Source of the DNA: Octopus sinensis
Lineage: Eukaryota
Length of the DNA: 64,000 nt
Assembly (NCBI RefSeq): GCF_006345805.1
Contig: NC_042999.1
Coordinates: 60,822,001-60,886,000, forward strand
Direction: 5' to 3'
This document shows, in pieces, positions 26,103-37,479 of this stretch (its first letter is position 1; each line of letters begins with the position of its first letter). Below the pieces are notes generated by a model, which saw only the letters and a program-made list of their open reading frames with translations, made no database searches and was not told where the DNA came from. The translations under genes were made by a program, and so were the position numbers.

Positions 26103-26420
26103 ACTACTCTTTGTTGTTTCCTTCTCGAGCCACGCCTGGCCCATAAGGGCCGGTTTCCCGGTTTCCTTGGCGTATAAGTTCCCCACCTGGACGGGACGGG
26201 ACGCCGGTCCGTCGCAGGTGAGCTGCAAGATGCAGGAGGAAAGCGTGAGAGAAAGGTGTGGCGAAAGAATCAGCAGAAGTGTGCTATTACCTTCTGCCGG
26301 AGCCGCGTGGAGTTAAGGTGTTTCGCTCATAAACACACACATCGCCCGGTCTGAGATTCGAACCCGCGAATGCTCGACCGCGAGTCCGCTGCTCTAACCA
26401 CTAGGTCATGGGCCTCCACA
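26103..26420 (-). mobile_element. tRNA-derived SINE, family D
   Basis: Minus-strand head cctagtggttagagcagcggactcgcggtcgag...ggttcgaatctcag (tRNA-like A/B boxes), followed by a GC-rich body with cctgcgacggaccggcgtcccgtcc. Confidence 0.8.
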
Positions 26421-27658
26421 AACTGCTCTTTCTCCAAAAGTCATGCCGTTCAATGTGACTCAGCCCACAATCCAATTCATTACGTCCCTTTTTACTTACC
26501 TATTGCTCTACCACCTGGCCCCTGCAACGCGCCATCCTTCACCTTTATCGCAGAGGTGCCGGAAGTAGATGAGGTTACTTTTGTCTTATCATTCGTTCAC
26601 TTCTCTTTGTTTCCTGAACATCTGCTTCATCTTTCCCTCGTTCATGCTTTCCTTGTATGCAACAGCCTCTGACACTCATACTCTTGCACGCCTGTTTTAC
26701 ACTCACCACCTTCCTATTGTCTTCTTTTCACCGCCCACTCTCGCCTACCCACACCTCTTTACTTCCACACTTTCCTCAGACAGACCCACACCTACACTTT
26801 ACGTCACACTTACGCTGCTAACGTATGGCACTAAACTTCCACAATTGTATACCTCTACACGCGTAGACACTCCTCAAAAATCACTTTTTCTGTAATATAC
26901 ATCAAAATCACGGATGCACTCCCATATGAATATATCGGAGTACATATATGGGAATGTACACATCAATACGTGTGTCTGCATCTTTACACCAATCACTACT
27001 CTTTTCTTAACTCCATTGCCATAATGCTTGCATACTTATCTGGGTCTTCATGCGTGACCATTTCTTCTTTTTCCTTCTCTGCTTTCTTATTACAACTATT
27101 CGTCTTTCTCATCCTCATGTTTTCCCTGATAAAAGACTAACACCCGAAAAGTTAAGACTCTTTACTGTTTCTTTTTTAAGTTTTAATTTAATATCTTCGT
27201 TAATATCTCCCCCTCCTCTGTTACTTTTCTCTTTTGTTTTGTTTTTCATTGCATTTGCATTGCATGCGCATGGATATATATATAAAGAGAGAGAGAGAGA
27301 GAAGAGAGAGAGTAAGCGAATATCTTTTGTCATTCGCAATATAAATTTCAGTTTAAATGCACTTTTCACTAAACCTTCAACTAATCAATTTCTCTTTCGT
27401 TCCAACGCGCTAAGAAAATATACCAACCAAGGCAAAATCCTTGCGGCACAAACCGAAGAAGTCTCCAGGACGTGAATTATGCATGACAAATTTCTGCAAA
27501 ATAAAGACCCATCTACGGAACCGGTCCTTAAACATCACATTCTTGATATGTAACTGCACTGAATACTACCAAACGCCATCGTAAAGCATATTATTTTAAG
27601 CAACTTCACTACCATATCATATAAAAGAGAATCATTCGCTACATCATTACTACCAATA

Positions 27659-27893
27659 TACCTATTTGTTTACTACCCACAAGGGGCTAAACACAGTGGG
27701 CACAAAGGACAGACGAACGGATTAAATCGATTACATTGACACCAGTGCGTAACTGGTGCTTAATTTATCGACCCCGAAAGAATGAAAGGTAAAGTCGTCC
27801 TCGGCGGAGTTTGAACTCAGAACGTAACGGCAGACGAAATCCTGCTAAGCATATCGCCCGGCGTGCTAACGTTTCTGCCAGCTCGCCGCCTTT
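27659..27893 (-). mobile_element. SINE family C monomer
   Basis: 12-bp TSD ttactaccaata at 27647-27658 and 27894-27905; complete head and tail. Confidence 0.9.
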
Positions 27894-27944
27894 TTACTAC
27901 CAATACGCCTTTCTTCATTTCACTTTGTTTCTCTCTTTGCAAAT

Positions 27945-28162
27945 ATTGATTTCTAGTTTTGGCTCAAGGCCAACAGTTTCCGGAGAAAGGATAACTGCAG
28001 TACATCGAACCCCCACCCAACCCCCACCCAGTGTTCCACTCGTGCTTAATCGATTCTGAAGGGATGGAAGGCAAATTTGACTTCGACTGAATTTGAACTC
28101 TGAACGTAAATACAGAAGATATGCTACTAAGCATTTTATCCGATTCTGTCAGCTCGCGGCTT
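27945..28162 (-). mobile_element. SINE family C2 (alternative tail ggccttgagccaaaactagaaatc), degenerate
   Basis: Family C head and core with a different 3' tail. Confidence 0.65.
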
Positions 28163-28174
28163 TTCTTTTACAAA

Positions 28175-28806
28175 TATTTATTTCAAATTTTGCTACAAGG
28201 CTGGAGTAGCTGTGTGGTAAGAAGCTTGCTTTCCAATCACATGGTTCCGGGTTCCGTCCCACTGTGTGGCCCCTAGGGCAAGGGTCTTTTACTATAGCCT
28301 CAGGCCGACCAAAGCCTTGTAAGTGAAGTTGGTAGATGGACAGTGAAAGAAGCCCGTCGAGTGTATATACGTATGTATCTGTTATTTGTGTCCGTGTTTT
28401 CCCACCTCATCATCGCTTGACAACCAATGTTGGTGTGTTTACATCCCCGTCAATTAGCGGTTCGACAAAAAGAAACAGATAGAATAAGTACTAGGCGTAC
28501 ACAAAAATAACTCCTGGGGCTGATCAGTTCGACTAAAGGCATTGCTCCAGCATGGCTGCAGTCCAATGACTGAAGCAAGTAAACGAATAAAATAATAAAA
28601 AGGCCAACAATTTCAGAGGTGTGAAGGAGGTGCATGTTAAGTTGATTACATCGACCACCAGTATTGAACATGTTCTTATTTTATCGACCCCGAAAAAATG
28701 AAAGTCAAAGTGGACATCAGCGGAATTTGAACGCAGAACGTAAAAGACAGAAGGAAAGCTGCCAAGTAATTCGTCCTGCGCAGTAACAATTGTCAGTTTA
28801 CCGCCA
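28175..28806 (-). mobile_element. SINE family C2 split by a family A insertion
   Basis: The tail atttcaaattttgctacaaggc stops at about 28200 and resumes at aaggccaacaatttc after about 28598. Confidence 0.65.
28197..28598 (+). mobile_element. SINE family A nested in a C2 SINE
   Basis: Complete head-to-tail copy; aaggc occurs at both junctions. Confidence 0.85.
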
Positions 28807-29269
28807 TTGCCATTTTACAAGTATTAAATCTTTATCTTCCATTGTCTTCACTTACGTTTGTTTCTGTCTCCCCTTTCTCTTTGTCACACCCTCTCCCTTA
28901 CTCTCTCCCCCCTCTCTCTCTCTTTCTTTCTCTTTGTTATTTATTTATTCCTCTTTCGTCTTCTTACTCATTCATATGTTTTCTAGTGATTCATATTCCG
29001 TAAATTCGTATTTATATTTTCATTTCGAATCGCTAATAAATTGAATGATAACAACACTTACAATGTGTCACGACAGCAAATTCCATTCACAACGCAGACT
29101 CTATAACACTTCAAATATCTTTCTTTGATTTCGAACATTAATTGAAGTGGTTCATATCCGGTGGTCTTTTATCGGAGACGATCTTAGCTCTATGGATTTT
29201 CTTTTCTCTTCGAAACTACGCAATCGTAACATTACTTTGAAAACAGCAATACATACATACATACATACA

Positions 29270-29371
<102 letters not shown>

Positions 29372-29372
29372 C

Positions 29373-29422
<50 letters not shown>

Positions 29423-29470
29423 TATATACATATATATAAATACATATATATATATACACATACATATATG

Positions 29471-29509
<39 letters not shown>

Positions 29510-30394
29510 ATGCATATATACACTCTTCACATTACTTGATTAAAAAATCAACACAAGCAATTATCTTACACGCCTAACCTACTAACGCATTGATAAATGA
29601 TTACTTTATTACCTCAAGAAGATTATTTATTTTTAACACCTCTGTAAGTTATGTGAAACTATAATGTCATAATTAGGAGGAATTACTTTAAAATGACCCC
29701 TCATATGTTTTCCGGTCGAAGAAATGATTATCAATATATTTTAAATTAGCTTATTTCCCAATTTTAACTGTAATTTAAGAATGAATTTGTGTCGTGATGA
29801 AGTTTTCCTTTTCTGTGTAGCCACTTGTCCTAAAGTGAGTGATCTTAATTAGGAGGAAGATAATAGAAAACAAGTCGAGATATTTATTGTTCTAAATACA
29901 ATAAAGCAGTGTGTAATTACGTTTTTCTTAGCTTACCTATTTCCAAAATCATTAAGGAGAAAGGAATAAGCGCTTTGCAATTATAGAGTCCAAAGTATCT
30001 TTAAAACTTAGCAAAATATATAATACAATCAATACGTATTAGTCACATAGGTTCTACTCAAACTGCTATAAGCATCAATCTACTATAACAAAGATGTTGT
30101 CATGTGCTTAATAATGTAAACTTACAAACTTTCACCTCAAGCAAACCTAGTTTTTTTCATACATATTCCTAGGTAGATGAAGAGGAGGTAAATCGGATCG
30201 ATTATAATCTTTATGTTGGGATCTCATCAGCAAACAAATATCTCAGTTGACGTCCTGCAGTGATAATTGTATGGCATCGATTTCTGGAAACTTATAATGT
30301 CTATATATTATTATGTGTGTATGTATATATAAATACATATATGCATGTTTGCGCGTAGCTATGTATGTATATATATAGACGTATGAATGTATAT

Positions 30395-30660
30395 CAACAC
30401 CCCTGACTCTCTTGCCCTGTCTGTCCTTCTCTATACGTCGGTCAAACGGGACGCCGCTTGGCTGAGCGGTTCGCGGAGCACCTCCGAGACATCAGACTCG
30501 GCAACGACAACCCGGTCCCGCGCCATTTCCGCTCTACCGGTCATTCTTTTCAACACCTCTCTGTGTTCGGATTGTCCTTGCACAGGGCCATCCAGACTCC
30601 CATCTTCGACGTGAACAGGGATGAATGTTCTCTCTTCGCTCCTTTGCGTCTGTTCATCAC
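30395..30660 (+). mobile_element. Penelope-like GIY-YIG endonuclease fragment
   Basis: Translates as SCPVCPSLYVGQTGRRLAERFAEHLRDIRLGNDNPVPRHF (CxxC..YxGxTxRxLxxRxxEH..H). It lies inside a segment bracketed by a 19-bp direct repeat. Confidence 0.85.
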
Positions 30661-31035
30661 TATACATCGATTTCTGGAAACTTTTGCTTTTCAGGATTAT
30701 TGATTTGTTCAACATATACTAAATTGTGCAAATGTTAAAATAATTTTAGGAAATACAGTTACTTGTTCTTTGTTACACTTCGTACAAGTTTAACACTGCA
30801 CTGTGCAAAATACAAGCCTGTGCTAAGTATCAGTAAAATAGTCTGGAGGCCGCGGAAATCTGAAATTCCTGCTCGTAATTTAGTGCAGATTAAAGGTTCT
30901 GGACCTTCAGTGTTCGCAAAGTCCGTGTTGTACTAGTGTTACTTGAAAAGCTACTATGGATAAATAGTTTCCCAATGCTGACAAGTCGATATATCTTAGA
31001 AACACCTGATTCGATTAATAAATCACATGTTCGCT

Positions 31036-31392
31036 AAAGGCGGCGAGCTGGCCGAATCGTAAGCATGCAAAGCAAAACGCTTAGCGGTGTTTCGACCGGC
31101 TTTTACTACTGAAATCAAGTCCTACGAGGTTGACTTTACCCTTTGTTGTGTGGACGCCCTCAGACGATGAAGTAGGCTAGCCCAATACGTAGATATAGAG
31201 GGAGAAACCTAGACGTCAAGAGTGTGGTAGAGAGTCGAACAGAGTTGAGTAGAGGTCATCCGAACGTGCGACATAACACCCTTTATCATTTCTGGGTCAA
31301 TAAAATAAGTACCAGTTGAGCACTGAAGTTGATGTAATCGGATTTTCCCCTTCACCGGAATTGCTAGCCTTGTTCCAAAATTTTAAAGCAAT
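31036..31392 (+). mobile_element. SINE family C2 interrupted by a solo LTR
   Basis: Head aaggcggcgagctggccgaatcg. Removing 31144-31283 restores gttgactttaccctttatcatttctgggtcaataaaataagtaccag. Confidence 0.8.
31144..31278. mobile_element. 135-bp solo LTR-like insertion
   Basis: TGTT...AACA ends with an imperfect terminal inverted repeat (tgttgtgtggacg / cgtgcgacataaca) and a perfect 5-bp TSD ccctt (31139-31143, 31279-31283). Confidence 0.75.
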
Positions 31393-32919
31393 GAATTATA
31401 TGTTACTTCAGACTGTTGAAGTTCCGTGGTAGGATGCATATTGTAATATATCTACAGACTTTTAGCCACGTTTGCGTATATTCCAACAAAATGTTTACAT
31501 CTGTCTATGCACAACGGGCTTGGCTAGAACTCCATAAATTTGTTCTATAGTATATCATAGCATCGTAACAAAATCCTGTTAATGTGCTAGTAATTCAATA
31601 ATTTATACGTCTGAGTATAAGTACTGAAGGAAACTATAACATTTGTGCAGAATATAATTATTTAAAAATACTGGACAGAGGAAACATGAGAAAATAATAT
31701 TCAATTTGAAAACAGAAAACTCAATTTAAAGACGAATTATCACTTTTGAAAATGGAGACCAATGTATAATTTATTTTACGTATTGTTATTGAAAATTCTG
31801 GATATAGAGTTATTTAAATTTCCTGTGATTATATAGTGACGAAAACGTGAATACTATCTACGGATATCGTTTAAGTTGCATCAGTGAAGGTAATTATAGA
31901 CAAAATAATTTCCTCAGGTGAAGATGATTTCAGCGAACAGCTAATTTAAGTTTTGTATTCTGTCAAGCACACAAATAACGCATTTCTCTTTCCGTCCACT
32001 CCCTCTATCTATCTACTCCTCTCTCTCTCTTTCTCTTTCTCTCTTTCTTAATGCCTCTCTCTCTCCTTTTTCTTTCTTTCGCTTCTGGTGTTATGTCTAC
32101 GCTTAGGGAGATCGTAACGCACAATATCTAACTCTGATGTTAAGTGTTCGGCTTACGTAAGAAAACTACTCTAATAATTTCCAGTCACCTCCTGGGATGG
32201 CTAACGGTTTAGTTTGCTAATCCTCTTACTTTATGGAGCTTACAGTCGAGGCGCAGTGTTCATTTAAGCTTTACGCACAGTGACTATTTTACGTAACACC
32301 AGAGAATGTCCATATACCGATAGACATTTGTAACATCTTGGGGTCAGTCATTTTCCTAGTTCTGTAGAGCCATGAGGGTATTTGCCGTTTCATCAGCAAC
32401 TTTGAAACTTGATATGTACTAACACACCGTGTTAAAGGGACCTGTTGGGTAGTGATAACGAAAATGTTTTAGGGACATCGCTGCATCAAACACTGGTACA
32501 AGCAGGACCTGATATTTCATTGGAGGCTGCTACCGGAGGCATGCGCTTCACTCAATACTTTCAGAAAGCTTCCTGAGCTAAGGAGCAGTTTTCTGATATG
32601 CAGCAAGATATTTTAGTCGCTGATGTGGCTTTGTATGAAACCAGCGGGCAGGGACGTCACTGATACCATCGAAACGAAGCAAAAACCAAGCAAAATCGTT
32701 TTTACAACGAAACGAAAGCCAAACAAATGGTTGCCAGAAATTATAACGAAACTATACGTAGTAAAATACAAAGCCCTCAAATATTTTTATAAGCCATTTT
32801 TAATGCAAAACTATAATGTTATTTAAGTACAATGAGAATGCAGAGAAAGATAAAAATTAACTCAAATTACATATTGAAAGATATAGTCTTGTATATATAT
32901 ATATATATTATATATATAT

Positions 32920-32983
<64 letters not shown>

Positions 32984-33409
32984 CTTTCTAATGTTTCTCC
33001 TATTCAAAACTTGAAATATCTTTATAATGCAACACACCCGTATTTGTTTACTTAATTGCAAAAATGACTCTTATACTCTTTCCTTTCCTTGCTTCCCTTT
33101 TACTTTTTCTCTCTCTCTTTCTCTCTTTCCCCCTCTCTTATTCTCCCCCTTCTCTTCAGTCCCTCTGCCTTCTACAATTCTTCCTCTTTCCTCCCACTAC
33201 CACGTGACCCGTGTCTACCTAAGGCGGTGTCGTTCTTTTTCGCCCTGGGTTTGACCAAACCAGTCACGTCTGTGTTTACCTCACTGATAATGTTTGATAG
33301 CCGAAAGGTTTTTTCTGTTGTATATGCTGTATTCTACTGTTGTATTTCGGGATGGTGACTTTTAGTTTTTAATTGCTTTTTGCCAAATAAACACATTTGC
33401 TATATATTG

Positions 33410-33622
33410 TTTTCTACTCTAGGCACAAGGCGCGAAATTTTTAGGGAGGCAGCCAGTCAATTAGATCGACACCAGTACGCAACTGGTACTTAATTTATCG
33501 ACCCTGAAAGTATGAAAGGCAAAGTTGACCTCGGCGGAATGTGAACTCAGAGCGTAAAGACAGACGAAATACTGCTAAGCATTTTGCCCGGCGTGCAAAC
33601 GTTTCTGCCAGCACGCCGCCTT
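33410..33622 (-). mobile_element. SINE family C2
   Basis: Head aaggcggcgtgctggcagaaacg on the minus strand, conserved core, tail ccttgtgcctagagtagaaa. Confidence 0.85.
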
Positions 33623-34045
33623 ACACACACTATATATTCGTTCTTCACTCGTTTATTTCTCTGGAAATCTTTCTACACACATCTGTGACCTCTTCAGTGA
33701 TACTTTCCGTCTTCGTATGTGCTCTTGTTCTGTTTATTCAAGAACGAATATATATTTCGCGTGTATATTTTGCATACAAAAAAAGAACAGACCGTTCCGA
33801 AATACAACAATATTTGTTTCAAAACACGAATTCACATCTGGAATTTTCCAACATAAATTCATAGCGTATTGTTTTTCTCTTGTATTCATATTAATTATTT
33901 TATTATATTTTTGTAGTATATACGCTTACAATTGTTTTATTATTTTAGCTTGGCCTTATATAAATTTATATATATATATATAATTTCCAGTCACCGCCTG
34001 GGATGGCTAACGGTTTAGTTTGCTAATCCTCTTACTTTAAATATA

Positions 34046-34092
<47 letters not shown>

Positions 34093-34093
<1 letters not shown>

Positions 34094-34300
34094 TCTTTTA
34101 CTCTTTTACTTTTTTCAATCATTTGACTGCGGCCATGCTGGAGCACCGCCTTTAGTCGAGCAAATCGCCCCCAGGACTTATTCTTTGTAAGCCTAGTACT
34201 TATTCTATTGGTCTCTTTTGCCGAATCGCTAATTTACGGGGATGTAAACACACCAGCATCGGTGGTCGAGCGATTTTGGGACGACAAACACAGACACACA

Positions 34301-34341
<41 letters not shown>

Positions 34342-34512
34342 ATATATATACATATACATACACATATATACGACGGGCTTCTTTCAGTTTCCGCCAAACA
34401 AATCCACTCACAAGGCTTTGGTCGCCCCGAGGTTATTATAGAAGACACTTGCCGAACCCGGAACCATGTGGTTGGTAAGCAAGCTACTTACCGCACAGCC
34501 ACTCCTGCCCCT
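34093..34512 (-). mobile_element. SINE family A
   Basis: Nearly full length, with a small deletion after gacacttgcc and a (gtaaaaga)n tail. Confidence 0.9.
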
Positions 34513-34635
34513 ATATATATTTATAAAGTGTATGTATATATATATATGTATATATTTATAACGTGAATGAGATTAATCTATGGTACCATAACACTGACAC
34601 CATCCGTAATCAGGGGTATATTATATAAACATAAT

Positions 34636-34957
34636 GAGGGCGCGTGGCTTAGTGGTTAGGGCATTCGGCTCATTATCGTAAGGTTGTGAGTTCGATTCCC
34701 GGCGACGCGTTGTGTCCTTGAGCAAGACACTTTATTTCACGTTGCTCTAGTCCACTCAGCTGGCAAAAATGAGTTGTACTTGTATTTCAAAGGGTCGGCC
34801 TTGTCACTCTCTGTGTCACGCTGATTATCCCCGAGAACTACGTTAAGGGTACACGTGTCTGTGGAATGCTCAGCCATTTGCACGTTAATTTCACGAGCAA
34901 GCTGTTCCGTTGATCGTATCAGCTGGGACCCTCGTCGTCGTAACCGGCGGAGTCTTT
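34636..34957 (+). mobile_element. tRNA-derived SINE, family B1
   Basis: A box tggcttagtgg, B box gagttcgattccc. 12-bp direct repeat atataaacataa at 34623-34634 and 34963-34974 (probable TSD). Confidence 0.9.
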
Positions 34958-35684
34958 AAAAAATATAAACATAACAATCATTCGACTCGTGTTTATCATT
35001 GAATTTATTTCTTTTTTCTAATACTTTCACGCGTGTGTGAAGACTGTATTATTTCAAAAACATATCTCTAGAACTAATATACTTGTTAGACGTTGGTCAT
35101 GTGTGCGATATTTTAAAATGTCTGCTCTCCGTATTTGTAATAATGTATCTATCTACGTATGTATATTAATTTGGCTTATTTTGTATGTATAACTGTTATT
35201 CTTTTGTCTTTGTTTTATTGTTTAATTTTTTTATTTATTTTTGTTCTATTTGACATATGAGTCAATGTATGTCTTCAGTTAAAATCCATTGATAGAGAAG
35301 AATACAAATCGTTTCAGACATCCGACACATTGTATTTATTGATGACTTGTGCTTGCTATACCAAATATAATATTTAAGTTAATATAAGCATGAATTAAAA
35401 TCTTGTACAGATGAATGCACGCAGGGCACCAGTACGTCTGCAATATATAATAGCGTAAGCTCTATACAATTGTATCTGTGGGTATTATTAGTGTATTAGA
35501 ATTAGTTTTGATATCTTGATCATCAAAAGCTGGCTGGAGATGATTAATTATTTGTGGATCTTGGCCAGAAGGAAAATGTTGTAGCTATCAACTATTATGT
35601 ATCGCTGATATAATGTTAAAAATATGCTCAAGAGATTTAGCTATTTTAGAGGTTCGCACTCTGTTGTAGATTTTCTTCTTATTT

Positions 35685-35951
35685 TTATAGTAGTAGTAGT
35701 AGTCGTAGTAGTAGTAGCAATAGTTGTGGTAGCAGCAGTAGTATTAGAAGTAGTAGTAGTACTAGTAGTAGTAGTAGTAGTAGTAATGGTGGCAGCAACA
35801 GCAATAGTAGTGATAGTAGTAGTAGTAGTAATGGTGGCAGCAGCAGCAATAGTAGTGATAGTAGTAGTAGCAGTAGTAATGGTGGCAGCAGCAGCAATAG
35901 TAGTGATAGTAGTAGTAGTAGTAATGGTGGCAGAATCAGCAATAGTAGTGA

Positions 35952-35986
<35 letters not shown>

Positions 35987-36045
35987 GTAGTAGTAGCAGC
36001 AGCAGCAACAACAGTCTTAGTAGTTGTTGCAGTAGTAGTACATTT
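35685..36045. repeat. Compound (GTA)/(GCA) microsatellite with a ~42-48 bp higher-order unit x4
   Basis: The unit gtaatggtggcagcagcagcaatagtagtgatagtagtagta recurs four times. Confidence 0.9.
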
Positions 36046-36440
36046 TTCAGAAGACTAGATGTAGAAAAATGCCTGTCAAAGGATACGGCTGTCGATTTAA
36101 TCGACATTAAGCTACGCTAAAAATTTGCGCAAATTGTGCCAATATAGGAAACGTCTATCAATATATGACGGAGATGGAAGCAACAGGATGACCGTTTGAG
36201 CATCAACGATTTTGCAGTTGAAAGAGGAGGCCGAAAAGACCCGGTCAGCTAACTGGACAGTAAAAACAAAAACTAGAGTAACAATGAAATAACAAAGGCA
36301 AAACGAGTAAAACTGAGAAACAATCAACAACAACATCAGGATGAAGAATATTCTACACCAATGCTTCTCAAACTATCTGATGTGATGTACTGGCGGTTTT
36401 TTTCCAGTGTGCCATGTACCATTAATATTTCTTATTTTTA

Positions 36441-36852
36441 GGCGGCGAGCTGGCAGAAACGTTAGCACGCCAGGCGAAATGCTTAGCGGTATTTCGTCTG
36501 ACGTCACGTTGTTGAGTTCATATTCCGCCAAGGTCGACTTTGCCTTTCATCCATCCGGGGTCGACAAATTAAGTACCAGTGACGCACTGGGATCGATGTA
36601 ATTGACTTAATCCCTTTGTCTGTACTTGTTTGTCACCTCTATGTTTAGCCCCTTGTGGGTAATAAAGAAATAGGTATTTCGTCTGCCGCTACGTTCTGAG
36701 TTCAAATTCCGCCGATGTCGACTTTGACTTTCATCCTTTCGGGGTCGATAAATTAAGTACCAGTTTCGCACTGGAATCGATGTAATCGACTTAATCCCTT
36801 TGTCCTTGTTTGTCCCCTCTATGTTTAGACCCTTGTGGACAGTAAAGAAATA
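36441..36852 (+). mobile_element. Family C SINE dimer (one head + two bodies)
   Basis: 17-bp TSD aatatttcttattttta at 36424-36440 and 36853-36869. Internal junction aaagaaata|ggtatttcgtctgcc at about 36672. Confidence 0.9.
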
Positions 36853-37064
36853 AATATTTCTTATTTTTATATCTTATATTTATTTTGCAAACAAATATTA
36901 TAATATTACATACGCATTTTATAAGCATTTTATAATGTTTCTTTTCTGGAAATTCGCCGCGTACCGGCAGCTGATGACTCGTGGACCGGTATCGGTGTAT
37001 CGGTCACGACTTTGAGTAGCGTTGCTTCACACTATAACAACTACTGTAATATCAAAATTTTTTT

Positions 37065-37479
37065 AGGCGTAGGAGTGGCTGTATGGTAAGTAGCTTGTTT
37101 ACCAACTACATGGTTCCGGGTTCAGTCCCACTGCGTGAAATCTAGGGCAAGTGTCTTCTACTTTAGCCTCGGACAGACCAAAACCTTGTAAGTGGATTTA
37201 ATAGACGAAAACTGAAAGAATACCATCGTATATATGTATATGTATATATATGTGTGTATATGTTTGTGTGTCTGTGTTTGTCCCCCCCCCCCAACATCGC
37301 TTGACAACCGATGCTGGTGTGTTTACGTCTCCGTAAATTAGCGGTTCGGCAAAAAGAGACCGATAGAATAAGTACTAGGCTTAGAAAGAATAAGTCCTGG
37401 GGTCGATTTGCTCGACTAAAGGTTGTGCTCCAGCATGGCCATATTTAAATGACTGAAAGAAATAAAAGAGTAAAAGAGT
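37065..37479 (+). mobile_element. SINE family A, full length
   Basis: Runs from aggcgtaggagtggctg to taaaagagtaaaagag. Confidence 0.9.

Noticed and set aside
26340-26420. tRNA-like sequences (also at 3830-3894, 34636-34705, 46775-46845, 56185-56253)
   Set aside because: They have A/B boxes but run straight into SINE bodies and lack a complete acceptor stem. They are SINE heads, not tRNA genes.
27080-27480. Hammerhead-like cores cctgataa..ccgaaa (about 27124) and ccgaaga..gtgaa (about 27452); similar relics near 33290, 33670(-), 49170(-) and 60615
   Set aside because: Core bases are mutated and stems I/III do not pair. Probably decayed PLE termini, but not supportable as ribozymes.
35624-36107. 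Val-rich, Leu-rich and Ser-rich (SSD-like) open frames
   Set aside because: A (GTA)n-derived repeat is automatically open in these frames; no flanking gene structure.
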